Source of the DNA: Diadema antillarum
Lineage: Eukaryota
NCBI RefSeq assembly: GCF_040938485.1
Contig: NW_027271171.1
Coordinates: 1-64,000 of the forward strand
DNA length: 64,000 bases
Direction: 5' to 3'
Part shown: positions 52,042 to 64,000 of the stretch, one piece after another
How positions within the stretch are numbered: position 1 is the stretch's first letter
Layout: each line of letters begins with the position of its first letter
Notes under the pieces: generated by a model
The model's database searches: none
What the model was told of the DNA's origin: nothing
Seen by the model: only the letters and a program-made list of their open reading frames with translations
Translations under genes and position numbers: made by a program

Positions 52042-52055
52042 GTTACCTAGGCAAC
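52042..52055. promoter_or_regulatory. RFX X-box
   Basis: GTTACCTAGGCAAC, a near-palindromic match to GTTRCC-NN-GGYAAC; not inside an obvious repeat. Confidence 0.6.
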
Positions 52056-52561
52056 AGCTAGACAACAGCCACGGAGATGACTTCTCTTTCGTGTAGTAAT
52101 TGGCAGCATCAATTGTCTTGTAGAGCAATTTCATTCCTATTTTCATTTCATTCTTATTTCTCTTTTCAAATAACATTATATATGTATATTACAAACGACG
52201 AAATAACAATACATTCCCTGTAACATGATACAAAGATAGAAACAAGTCTTGTTTCGTTGAAGACTAGAAACGAAAATGGAGGGGCTGCTGTAGAGAAAAC
52301 CTGGATGATACAGTACCCTCACTTATATACAGTACATGATTACTACGATACTTTTTACAAAACTTGAAAAAAAAATAGAGTGAACTTGTACACGTTGTAG
52401 ATAATGCAGACCTCTCACATTACTGTACAGTGAACTACTATACGACACATTTTACAAAACTTACAAAATGAGTGAACAAAAAGTTAATCAACCAGTGCAA
52501 AAATAAACTAATAAACTGACTATTTCATCACTGGTAACATGGTGCACGCACACACGCATGC

Positions 52562-52562
52562 A

Positions 52563-52613
<51 letters not shown>
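52562..52613. repeat. (CA)n microsatellite
   Basis: Direct reading. Confidence 0.95.
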
Positions 52614-52618
<5 letters not shown>

Positions 52619-53891
52619 AACAAACACGGAAGCACACGCCCTCACACTAGCCCAGAACAACGGTAACAACATAAAGACACAAGTGTGCGGTCACCCAATA
52701 AAGAACAGCAAAGAATGTAAGGGGAAAAGCGAATAGAGAGAGGGAGGGAGAGAGGGAGAGAGGGGGAGAGGGGGGGGGGGGTAGAATGAGCGCAAGGCAG
52801 GTCAGCAGCAGTATACATCCTCTGTACAGGGCGAAATCAAATACATTCTTTGACAAACTATCATTATTATTCCAAAAATCAATAACTCGGGAGTATTATT
52901 GCCAGTGGCTACATAAACATGATTCAGGTCTTTGGTGAGTATCTAGTGTGACATGTTCACAAAACAAGGGTGGTGGAAGCGCTATTGATACAGAGAGAGA
53001 GAGAAAAATAATAGAATTAATTTGACAGAATTGCGATCGACAGAGGAAAGGGCAATGTCTCTGCTATACTCAATCTCGCTGAGATATTCTTTATAAAGCT
53101 ATAGACTATGCCTGCATAGTCATATACATTATAGCAAGGCACTCGTATTGCTTATTTCTTGTTGTTGTTGTTCATCTTGCAACACCTCATTACCTTCATC
53201 TGATTAACTTCATGACACAAACATTCATCACCACACAAAATAGTATTGGTTCGTCTTACACAGAAACTTCGTGCAATTATCATGGACACCGCGATCACAT
53301 TCAACGAGACGGTTCATTTGGTTAGACTTTAAAGGGTAGAAAAGTGGATGAAGTGGATCAAGTTCCTGTGCCTATAATTAAAGATTACATCATTGTCACT
53401 TAAATCATGAAACTATTGCGAATGATTCCGATTTGTGCATTTCTTTTTCACTTGAGCGCGTAGGTGTGCCTCGGCATGGATGTTGAAGAGGAATATGATG
53501 TTGTATACGAATTATGCGATCTCTTGCATATTTATATTCTGCTTTATGTACGATGATGATACAGAAATCCATCAATAAAAAATCGAAGCAAATCAAAGCA
53601 AAATGGCCAATCTTGATTCCTTGTCAAGAGGTGGAAGAGCAATTATAGTTCGCCAAAAAAAAAAACCCCGATATCTACCATATTATGGCAAATCTGCGTA
53701 TCAAAATCAAGGTTTTAAAAACGTAACATTTCGCTCGAGCACTAAAAATCATCAGTCAACTTTCAAAAACATAATAATATGCAGTCACATTTGGCAGTAA
53801 TCACTCACAAAAAACCCGATTCGAAGATTCGAAATGAAACTGCGAACTTCCTTAGTATAGGAATAGCGCCTTGTCATTAACTTCCCCTAAA

Positions 53892-54039
53892 AGCGTGCTT
53901 CAGATCTGCGACGCGAACGCTAGGACGACGCTAATAAGGCTAAAAATTATGTTCTATACATGACGAGATAGCTGTTTCCAATGTCTAGCCCTGGAGGCTG
54001 CGTCTTCTTCTCGTTCCCGTCGCAGATCTAAAGCGCGCT
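53892..54039. mobile_element. Small MITE (Harbinger-like)
   Basis: 22-bp TIR AGCGTGCTTCAGATCTGCGACG / CGTCGCAGATCTAAAGCGCGCT (2 mismatches). Confidence 0.7.
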
Positions 54040-54366
54040 AATGACGAAGTGACACGTATTGCTTGAATTCTGCATCAAAGTTTCATAATCATAAATGGCA
54101 TCACCGCATCGTACAGGTGTAATAATGTGCACAGATTACCAAGATTAATATCTAGTTAGCTGTGAAAATCATAGTCTTTTTACTTCAGCAACTACAATCA
54201 GTTTGACCTCAAATATTTGCAAAATATTTTCAGGGAACAAGATGCTAATTTTTGCATTTTCGCTTCCTAGCACACACACAAGTGATGTTGGTTTTTCAGT
54301 TTTCAGTTTCACATTCAGATAGGAATAGATAGACGCAAACATTATTCTGATGATAAACTGTTTACT

Positions 54367-54508
54367 GGGGGACATTTCATGAACCGTTTTGTCCCACAGA
54401 TTTGTCCCAAAAATTTCCTCTCAGCCAATCAGACGCAAGGATTTCTGTAGCTTGCAACAGTTTGTCTGAAAAGAAAACTTGACAAAACGCTTCATGAAAA
54501 TGAACCCC
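54367..54508. mobile_element. Small MITE (GGGG termini, Harbinger-like)
   Basis: TIR GGGGGACATTTCATGAACCGTTTTGTC / GACAAAACGCTTCATGAAAATGAACCCC. Confidence 0.65.
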
Positions 54509-54636
54509 TATTCGATGAACGGTTTCGCCAGGCATGAGTGCCAGGGAACAGGTTGCCAGAAAGTTTAAAGTTCACAAACACGATGCGTATAATGGGTAAA
54601 AAAGAGATATCTTGGTGAGCACTATATCGACTTAAA

Positions 54637-55373
54637 GGAGAATGAAACCCAAATGATACAGCTCTACTACATCGATTGAGTGAATGCAGAAATATTAATA
54701 GAACACATAAGTGAAGTTTTAGGAGAATCGAACAATCCTCTCAGAAGCTTTGAAGTTTTGGTTCACCCATCGCTGAACATTGCTGAATAAGAACATTTTA
54801 TCGATTCCTGGTGTCACACATGGAAATAAAGGAAATATCAGCCCAATTCAAAATGATCATTTTCATTTTCTTGCATAATCAAAGAACACGTGGCTTACCT
54901 CTTTTGGAGATTTGCAGACGGCAGAGGGAATAACATTATCCTCAACTTATGTCAGTGAAAAGTGATAAGAATGTGTACGAAATTGTGTGCAATTTTCTTT
55001 CTTCATATCGTTCTCTTGCTGTTATACCGAGAATTTATGGTTGCAGACTTTCATAATTACCGAGCGATTGCGGTGTCGAAACTTTCAAAATCCATAACTG
55101 TTGAAAGGATAATACATCGTTTTCGCAAACCTCGCTGATGTGTACTACACAGGGGTGGATCCAGGAATTCTGTAAAGGGGGGGGGGGGGCGTGACTAATA
55201 TTTCTGGTGCCACTTCCGGTTTTCATTTCATTTTTTCTTTTTATTTTCTTTGTTTTTAACGAAAATTAAAAGGGGGGCCTGCGCCGGTTGCGCCCCCCCC
55301 CCCCTGGATCCGCCACTGCTACAAATATTTCTACATTCACTCAATTCATATCGTATCTGGATTTCATTCCCCA
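54637..55373. mobile_element. Kolobok-like non-autonomous element with a nested MITE
   Basis: TTAA|AGGAGAATGAAACCCA ... TGGATTTCATTCCCCA|CTAA (decayed right TIR and TSD). Confidence 0.6.
55150..55318. mobile_element. MITE, same family as 14281-14458, 5-bp TSD
   Basis: TIR CAGGGGTGGATCCAGG / CCTGGATCCGCCACTG; CTACA duplicated. Confidence 0.85.
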
Positions 55374-56099
55374 CTAAGATGGATTACATGAATCTAATAA
55401 GTGTGCAGTTTATGATAGAACTTGATAATACAAAGCATAGGGCCTATATAATATATTGTGTGATGGTAATGGTACATGGAGTGTGTCTGTGAAGAGATAC
55501 AAATGTAACAGGTTTATACACATTCGTTTTTGTAATAGGTTCATTTACATTTTATTTATTCCAATTCCAAATCAATTGATTTAATTTCAGTTGTAGTCAT
55601 TTATGTGTAATTACTTTTGATGTAAAATTGTATTTTGAAATAGAATTGCATTTGTAAATATTTGTAGTTAATGTAGCAACGCCCATATATGTTCTTTCAT
55701 ATTCAATGTGTAGAATTAAAGTATTGTTTTGTATGTATTATTATGTATACACTAATAGATAGCATGACCATGCTATTAAGCCTCTGGGCTGCTACATACC
55801 ATTTTTGTATGATGGAATAAACCAATACTTATCTAACTATCCATCTGTCTATCTAGGTATATAGACGCACGAGAATAGGCCCTAAGTGAGAAAAAGGGAA
55901 AATCACACGAATATGTTGAATTTGGAGAAAAAAGTCATGGCTATAGTTCTCCCGTTCGCCTTGTCACTTTTTGAAAATGATTATAACTTTCTGTTTTATC
56001 ATGGTGTCTGCATGTCTGTGTTTGTTTGTTCGTGTATTCCTGTGTTTACCTGAATATGAGATGGCAAAGCCGCAAATTGCATTAGCATAGGTTGGGGAA

Positions 56100-56990
56100 T
56101 TCTGTCATTCGACGGTGAAGGGATAGCCCCAAGCCAATCAAGTCATCTGGGTCCGCGGTATCTGCGGGGGTATCATTTTTCGAGGCTTCAAAAATGATTC
56201 AGAACATGTAAGAACAGGAAACCATCACAAGACTGTGACCAGGAAATTACAGCCGTCAATTTTTGAGAGCGGGGGGTATAACAATGGATTGATTTGACGT
56301 GTATATTTACGATGCGAGTGTAAGTCATATTAGTACGGAGGTCGTAGCGGGGAATGACGAGGCATACCAGCCATGAAGGGTCTAGATTTCATAAAAATGC
56401 GTAGCTCCCGTGGAGGGATCACCGAGAGAATGGCGTATAAAGTAAAGTGTTTTAGAAAATCATTTTAAGTAATCAGGCACGAGGGTGATCCTCGCGTCCT
56501 TAAGGTATAATTTGATCCGTCCTGCCATCACGGCATAATCCCTACTGTTATCATCTGGAAGCGTTTTAGGATCTTCAGCCATGGAGACGAAGCAGGCATC
56601 GGTGATGTGTATACTCTTCCCTATGAATTCCAAAGGTTCTCTCCCTGTCTTGAATGGAATAAGATGTCAATTATCCGTACCAGGAGAAAAAGGGAAAGTA
56701 AGTGACATGAAACGGTCGCAAGAGATGCCACTGTGCGTGACGCTTCCATTAAGTTGAGGAAGGAAGAGTTGCGATGAAATTGGCAATCATGCGCGCGTTG
56801 AGCAGGATGCCTCCACGATGACCCCTGTGCACATATCAGATTATAGCATTATAGCAGGACGAAGGCACTAAGCAGATATTCTTGCTTGTCGGGATCTCTG
56901 GCAGATGTACTTCAAAAAGAATCCTAGGGCTCGTTTGGTCCTCGCAGCAAAACAGCTTTACAGGACAAGTTTCCGGCAAGAGAGAATATT
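56100..56990 (-). pseudogene. Decayed coding sequence, tentatively a Polinton/Maverick-like major capsid protein
   Basis: GC-balanced island with stops and frameshifts. Conceptual peptides SPRILFEVHLP, QLFLPQLNG, EPLEFIG, DYAVMAGRIKLYLKDARITLVP, VIPP..FMAGMPR, INPLLY and WGYPF follow the remembered order of Polinton MCP motifs but need gaps. Not verified by search. Confidence 0.35.
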
Positions 56991-58087
56991 GAAGATGGAT
57001 TTCATGTTATATGATTTATCTTTTCATTTCATAAACAATAAAAAGAAACAATGTTTGATTCTACCATCTGTTCATTGATTAGCTATGTGAGTACTCCGAT
57101 CTTGTATCTTAAATTCAATATACTGACTAAAAAAAGAAATCAGGCAAAATTTTACCATTGATTTATTGACTCAATTTAGTAAATAAATATGTCCGCAATC
57201 GTGCATTAATGTCTGTCTTATAGGTTTTAAGTGCGGCAGCAGGTTGCACATGAGTGAAACAGCTCCTGCTATGGCGTTCATTACGTGTTCACCTTTACAA
57301 TCCTGTCTGCAACCCTTTACAGTACCATCGGCGCTTTTTAATAGTAGGTTTTAGGGCATTTTTTTTTCGACAATTCACTCCTAAGCGAGTTCTACTGTTT
57401 TCTCATAAACATCCACAAGAAAAGTACACACACCATGTTAAAGCATGTTAGAAAGTGTACCATCCAACCTTGGTCAATTGAAATAGGAACATCAATATGA
57501 ACACATTCAGCAGCCAATATACAGAATAAGACTTGTACAAAGTCATCGTTCTGACTTAAGGAGTGAACGTAGAACATAACCTTGTCACTTATCCTGCTTA
57601 TTAGACCTTACAATGTCTATTGTGTTCTCAACATCTCTTTGTACCTCCCGATCAAAACTAAAACACGACCAGAGTTTTTTGTAATAAGACATGCCCTGCG
57701 TCGCTGCCTCATTCTGTTGGTGTACGCCTTTCCTTTCTCATAAAAAGAGAGAAATATTGATCACTTGATATTCGAAATAGAAACATTATGTTCCCATAGA
57801 TATTATCTATTTTATGCAGTGCTGTCTGTGTGTGTGTATGTGGTGTGTGTGTGTGTTTGTGTGTGTGAGAGTGTGCGTTACTTTTGTCATTTTTCTTATA
57901 CATGGTATGATTTGAAACAAAAACAAAAAACAAACCAAAATATATGTTGTAATTTATATTGAAAAAATATGATTTAGTAGCACAAGAGAGAAGAATACAG
58001 CTGCTCATTTCTGTTCATATTAATTTCATTGTTGACGTGGATCTGACATCGAATGAAATTCAAATAAACAATATCATAAAACAAAAA

Positions 58088-58096
58088 GTGTGTGTG

Positions 58097-58146
<50 letters not shown>
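58088..58146. repeat. (TG)n microsatellite
   Basis: Direct reading. Confidence 0.95.
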
Positions 58147-58147
<1 letters not shown>

Positions 58148-58960
58148 TATTCATGTTGGAATAAATGGAAAGGATATCAAAACCATTTATAGGTCGAAGT
58201 CCGGGGAGCTTTCCTCGTATACCTGTAGGAATATCATTTAAAGAAAAGTAGAATACCGCAATGAGGAAAATGCAACAGAGACGAGAAGACATAAGTTGCA
58301 TAAACATTTATCAGAGTTGGAGAGTAGAGAACTACATATAAAGCTTTGTTTGGTGGCTAATTATTTTTGCTCTGGCTTTATTTGTGATATCACAACCGAA
58401 CCATATGATGTTTATTGCTAATCTGCTCCACTGTAATAAGCATTTTTTGTTTTTCTCATATTGATTTTATGCACATTGCGACAATGATGTGAGTTGCTTT
58501 TGTGTGTGTAGGTACTTGTGTGTGGGAGGCACGGATGGTGTGTGCCCGTGGGGTGTGCATGTGGGTTGCAGTATATAAATGAGTTTTCTAGGTTAGGGAA
58601 CGAGTCTAGGATGAGATAAGGAAGTAGGCAGGTTAAGGAGGAGGATAGGAGGAAAGGAAGGAGGTTATAGTACGGGGGCTTACAAAGGGCAGACCAAAGA
58701 TTAAATGATAAGGAGAGAGAGATTTTTTATTGTTTTATTTCAGCGTGTTACAATACGGCATTCTTTACTGTTCTTTGTTCATTACTTATGAAGCTGTTAA
58801 AAGGAATATCTTATTTCCTGCCAAATATCATTAGTAAAATTATACAACCATTATGTGTGTTTTTTTAAGTAAATGCCAAAAACAAAATGCTGTTATATAA
58901 AAGTTATGATTATATGTTTATGTGGTAAAGGGAGGGATTTTTTTTTTATTATACACGATA

Positions 58961-59024
58961 TAAATAGGCACTGAATTGATCAGTGTTTAACAAGCACTGA
59001 ACTGATCAATTCAGTGCTTATTTA
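58961..59024. repeat. Compact inverted repeat, 24-bp stem with 16-nt loop
   Basis: TAAATAGGCACTGAATTGATCAGT / ACTGATCAATTCAGTGCTTATTTA; the single mismatch is a G:U pair on the plus strand. Confidence 0.85.
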
Positions 59025-62000
59025 CGTCTATGTAGGGCAATTTCTCAATCAGTTGCAATAAAAACATCTTGACGGAAGAATTTCATGAATTGAAAAAATA
59101 CACGATATCATTCACATTATTTTGTTTGTGTACTCCCTGACAGGAGGTATCATACTTTGTAGATTTATTTTCTATATTCGAATATTTTTTTCATTGTTCG
59201 TGTTAACATTCAAGTGGAATATAAAGCAATTAATGGAAGCGAAATGAAAAACAATATTGGAAAAAAAGGTACATGTAACCATAGCCCCACACCCCTCCCC
59301 CCTTCTGTGACGCTTGTGATCTCTTGAAATCGATACGGAACACGAACTATTCGGTCGTGAACTGGTCCTAAATTATCTTTATTAATGAATCGTTCTGAAA
59401 TATATGCTTCCATATATTTAAACTCCGATGGTTCTGTTTGTGTTCCAAAACTGCCTTGTCTAAAGCGAAAGTACGATGCGATATAGGTTGTTACATCTTC
59501 ATCACGTTCATGCATTTGCGGAATGTAATTTTGCCTCTGAATCTTCAATTCAATTTAATTCAATTTAACTGTAACTCGAGACCATTGTCAAACATGTCGT
59601 TCCAAATTCCTTCTGGGCTTTATGAATGCAATAAGTATAATCAGGCAGTAATTTCTATCACGATGCATTTATCTTCAAGCGCTATCACTCTGCGTGGTGC
59701 CACGAAATCGCATAGAATTACAATAGTTCCGTTGCCCCATCAGCTCCTAGGAGCGATACACACACTGGAGAATTCGCTTGTATTTTTCGTTGTAAAACTG
59801 TATGAAAGTCAACGACTTAAAGGAAGACTCGAAAGCCTTCCAACGCGTCTTTGTCTTTGGTTGTTGTTGGTTTTCATTTGTTTGCTTTATCGGTATCCAT
59901 GACTATATATGTTGCAAGATTCAAGATTCAGGAATATAATTTTACATGACAATAAATCATCTTGAATCTTGAAATGTAATTCGTGGGGGCAACCATTTCC
60001 AGTTCTTATGCTACGTGCCTCTGCATAATTGAAACCACTGTTTCATATCATTTATACTATCAAATTCTGTCTCCGTGCTTTACCTCACCCACTTCAAACC
60101 GGAGACCGAGCGAGATAATTGTGAATTTGGGAAGCTGCCAACGGATGTTTGTGGGACGGGAGTATTCCGAGTGATTTCATGACGTTATTTACAAAATATT
60201 TATGTCTGAATACGAGGGTTTACCGAAGTGACATGCTTATCTTTTCCTTGCTTAGGGACATTTTTGTCTTTTCAGCCTCCTGTGATTTTTTTTTAAAAGT
60301 AATAATACAAAGCAAGATATATCGCTAACTAATAATCATTCATGTATAGTTTATGAGTTCCGCACGTGATGTGTAGATCTTGACAGTATGAAGCAGTCTT
60401 TCAGAAATTCTCTTCGAATTACAGAAAAAAAAAGATAAATCAGTAAGGTTGGGGAGAGGTAAATCTAGTCAGAATGACGCCATTCGCATGCCACGAATCC
60501 ACATCTAGAATCTTTATCATTTTTTTTTGAGAGTGGGTAATTCTTCAACAAAGCTAAACATCAAGTCTAGGAGATACATCTACATTGCATTTAAAAATCA
60601 ATCTTCTCTGATTGACAGAGAGAGATTACCGTATTCATACAGTTAATTCTGTTCTTATAACATTTATATCGTAAGTCTTTCACAACGCATCTTTATAATA
60701 TATACATATATATGATATATATCGATTATACATATATATAAACATATATTTATACATATACATGAGTTACACATAGATGCGTATATATTATGTCTGTATG
60801 TAACATAAACATAATAATATGTATATATGATGAGCAAGTTTAAACACCCTGAATGATCAAACAAAAGTAACATTTGCAAAACAGTGTGAAGATAAACTAC
60901 AAATTCCTAACATTATTCTCGGTATCCCTATGGGTAGCAATCAAAAACTTGTTAATAGAAAGAGTGCATGTAGAACAATGTTGCAAATTGTAGAAATAAT
61001 TCCTTGATTGTGGTTGCCATTGTGCTTATAGAATAAGAAAGTGTTACAGCGTACTGCAACAAATCTTGTATCGGTAACACTGTAAGGATTTTCATTTTAG
61101 TTATAGCGTGATCTGCAAGCCCCCTCCCCCATCCTTAAAAAAACCCCGACATTTAGGAACTAAGTAACAAAAATCACTCCAATTCTTTTAGAATTACATT
61201 TTCCTTTAGGCATTAACGGTGGTAATTGGAAAAAAATGGACGAAGGTTTCGCTAAACACTCGAAGAAAATACGATGAGTCAGAATGTGCGGAGAGGTCAT
61301 AGTATAGAGCCTCATTCATCATAGTTTCTATGTTGTTTTTTTTTCAGTATTTCATTATGACAACATAATCGCTTTGAAAACGTTGAAGTAGAATTTGAAA
61401 CAACATAACATCAACATTGATTTTGCAAGCACTGCGAATTCCCTCTCTTTTATAATGGAAATGACGTCATGACTTTATGAAAATTGAACGTCCGGACAAT
61501 TTGTAAAAAAATTGGCCGCTCCCTTTCAGACCACCATTTTGATGAATAAGAACTTGATTTTTGACAAAGATTTTTACGAGCAGAAAACTTACGGTCGCCC
61601 TTGCCAACGCTTTTACGACAACTACTTCAAATACCTTGTCTACATCCGAAAGCAGTTATCTGTTTGGCTTTTACCAGGAGACTAGGGAGTGTCTCAACTA
61701 TCTGTCTTTTCCTGAGAAAGGCACTTTTTTTTTGTGCCGTAAAGTGAAAATTTCAGGTCACGTCTGTTGATTAAACAACAGATTAAGATGTTGTCAGCAT
61801 GTTGTGGTCACTCTATAGCAACAGAGTCTATCCATCTATTTCCATTCCCTGATCTGCTTTAGTCTCTTCCCATCATTCCTTCAACGCTTACATTATGATA
61901 ATCTGTTTCTTTTGCAAGAGAGCTGCCTCGTGTTTGTTTTGCGTGTGCGTGTATGTGTGTGTATGTGTTTGTGTATTTCTGTTTTGTCTTTTTTTCTTTG

Positions 62001-63454
62001 TTTTTCTCTCAGGCAGTCTGGCTATTATAGTTTTGTTAGATTTGCTATTATCTTTTTTTAATGAATGAACTACAAACAACAGGCCCTGCTTTTTAACAGT
62101 CCCTTACATTTCCAACAACTTTGATTCGGTATTTGCATAAAAGTTACAACATTATTGCATCTCATTTCACAGCATTTTTTTTAGCACATTGCTGTACTGA
62201 TCTTCTGTGATTATGTGTGTTCAAATGTTTCATTGTAATTACATTTTTGTTGATAATGAAATAGACGAAATGAAACGAAGCAGCGTCATGTGCTGACTTT
62301 GGTGAATAGGTACAAATCCCTGGTAGAAAAGGCAGGGGTCAGAGTGAGAGAATGACCTGAACCCAACTTTTTTTTTTCTTTCCGGCTCGGTGATGGAAGA
62401 CAAGATTGGTCGACAATTAATGCTGAAAATGGCCCTTTCCGGAAAGCTGCTATAAGGTAATTCATTATCCTATTACCCCTGTCCTAACGATTCCATTTAG
62501 GGTAAGAGTGTCGAGAGCCACGGCCAGTTGACTGAAGACTCAAGTAAGTACAACAGACCTGCCCCAACCTCAATGACTGCAGTATATGGCCAACATGGAT
62601 GATAAAGAAAAGACAAGACTTCCTCAATTTCCATTTATTACCCGGCGGTAATCATGTCTGCACATAATGGTGATTGCATTTGAACCTACTTCACGAGTCA
62701 CATGGCTCAACAAGATCGGGGTAACTGTAGGAAAACTGGGTTAATTTGAAATCGACAGTCTACGTTGGCCCAGATTGCATTAAGCCCCGAGGTTCTGAAA
62801 CTTTTGCTTTTAATTTAAACATCATCAAAAACGAAAACATGACTTTTGCCTCGATAATGGATGTAACCTTACGCCAATTGGTAAGTTCAGTGGGTATCAT
62901 TGAACGGTTAAGTGCGTGTTTTAATTCATGCGAGCAGTCGCAAAATTGTGTAGAGTTCGCATATGATGGCAGAGTGGGACACCTCGGGATATAACACTTC
63001 GCTATTGGCAGGCTGCTATGAATACAAAATGACTTTGGGACAGGCTCTTGGGCACTGTTATAAGCCACTCTTTTGGTAGGTTGACGATGTGCCATTGACG
63101 TGTACGACTGCAGATATCGAGTAATCAGAATGTTAGGTGATCAATATATGATGAATATGAACACACAATAATTTCCTCGCTATCTGTGACTCATCGGGAG
63201 AGAACAGGTTAATGCTAGACTTGGTCTCGTCATACATGTAGGCCTGCTTGCATAGGTATTTTCAGGATTTGCTTCAGTTTAGTTCGGGACTTTGTATTAT
63301 ACAAAAGTAGCATAAAAGAAAATACCCAGAATGGAGAGATGAATTTACATCGTGGTTAACAAACGACAATAATATTTTACGAGAGGATGTTCAGCCGAAG
63401 AAGCAACAATAACAACATTACGGCTAGAAACGGTTGTGATAATCCCAGTTATAA

Positions 63455-63478
63455 TAGTAGTGGCAGTGGCAGCAGTGA

Positions 63479-63511
<33 letters not shown>

Positions 63512-63564
63512 AAGTAGTAGTAGCAGAAGTATAAGTAGTATAGTAACAGTTGTAGTAGTAGTAG
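63455..63564. repeat. (AGT)n microsatellite
   Basis: Direct reading; it explains the poly-Ser and poly-Leu ORFs. Confidence 0.9.
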
Positions 63565-63702
63565 GTCCAATGACAGCTTGAAAAACAGTCTTAGCAAGGT
63601 TTATGATTTGTGTAGGTAAACAGTCCTGCGATACTATTCTTTTTATTTCGTCGATCAAGGGGTCAATCATATTCACAGACGAACCTCATCTACATTTCTT
63701 TA

Positions 63703-64000
63703 GCCTCGGTAGGGTTTTCTTACGAACGCCGTAAGAGCCTTCTGTGAACAATAAAGGTGTTCTTACAATCATCTAAATCATCTAAAAAATTTCTTCTAGA
63801 ATTGTCTCGCGACCCTACGAAGTCTACAAAAATCTTGAGTGGTTCTGACGTTGTTCTTGCGACCTTCGTACGACTGCCTTACGAAACGGGGGGTTTCGTA
63901 CGACGTGGAAAGAAATCTTGGACAAGACCATCGACCAGGCTGCGAACTTACGAACGGTTTAAGAAAGGTCTACGAACGCTGGTTTCGTATGGTCTTCGTA
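63703..64000. mobile_element. Left part of a probable PIF/Harbinger-like element, running off the window
   Basis: TTA|GCCTCGG start; dense TACGA/TCGTA motifs; right end not in the window. Confidence 0.4.

Noticed and set aside
62746-63095. ORFs of 82 and 111 aa (IPTELTNW LRR-like patch)
   Set aside because: There is only a single weak motif, with no repeat periodicity or supporting splice structure.

Overview
AT-rich, microsatellite- and MITE-dense animal genomic DNA with spliceosomal introns and two N-gaps. The repeat families and receptor type suggest a marine invertebrate deuterostome such as an echinoderm (inference). Two genes look intact. The first is a five-exon POLR1D/RPAC2 (RNA polymerase I/III subunit AC19) on the minus strand at 9757-13652, 118 aa, assembled by hand; the ORF track shows only a fragment of it. 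The second is a single-coding-exon class A GPCR (TRH/GHS-receptor-like, 26487-27644). Decayed coding sequence includes an intron-containing hAT transposase with an intact DDE triad and three lesions (2258-5570), a Myb/SANT (Harbinger ORF1-like) remnant, a Tc1/mariner N-terminal fragment, and a tentative Polinton-like major-capsid remnant (about 56100-56990). At least 15 non-autonomous TIR elements (hAT-, Kolobok-, Tc1/mariner- and PIF/Harbinger-like) could be delimited, several nested. A strong RFX X-box lies 192 bp upstream of an orphan candidate first exon (51815-51850). No rRNA, tRNA or CRISPR array was found. All calls come from manual reading and translation; no database search was run.
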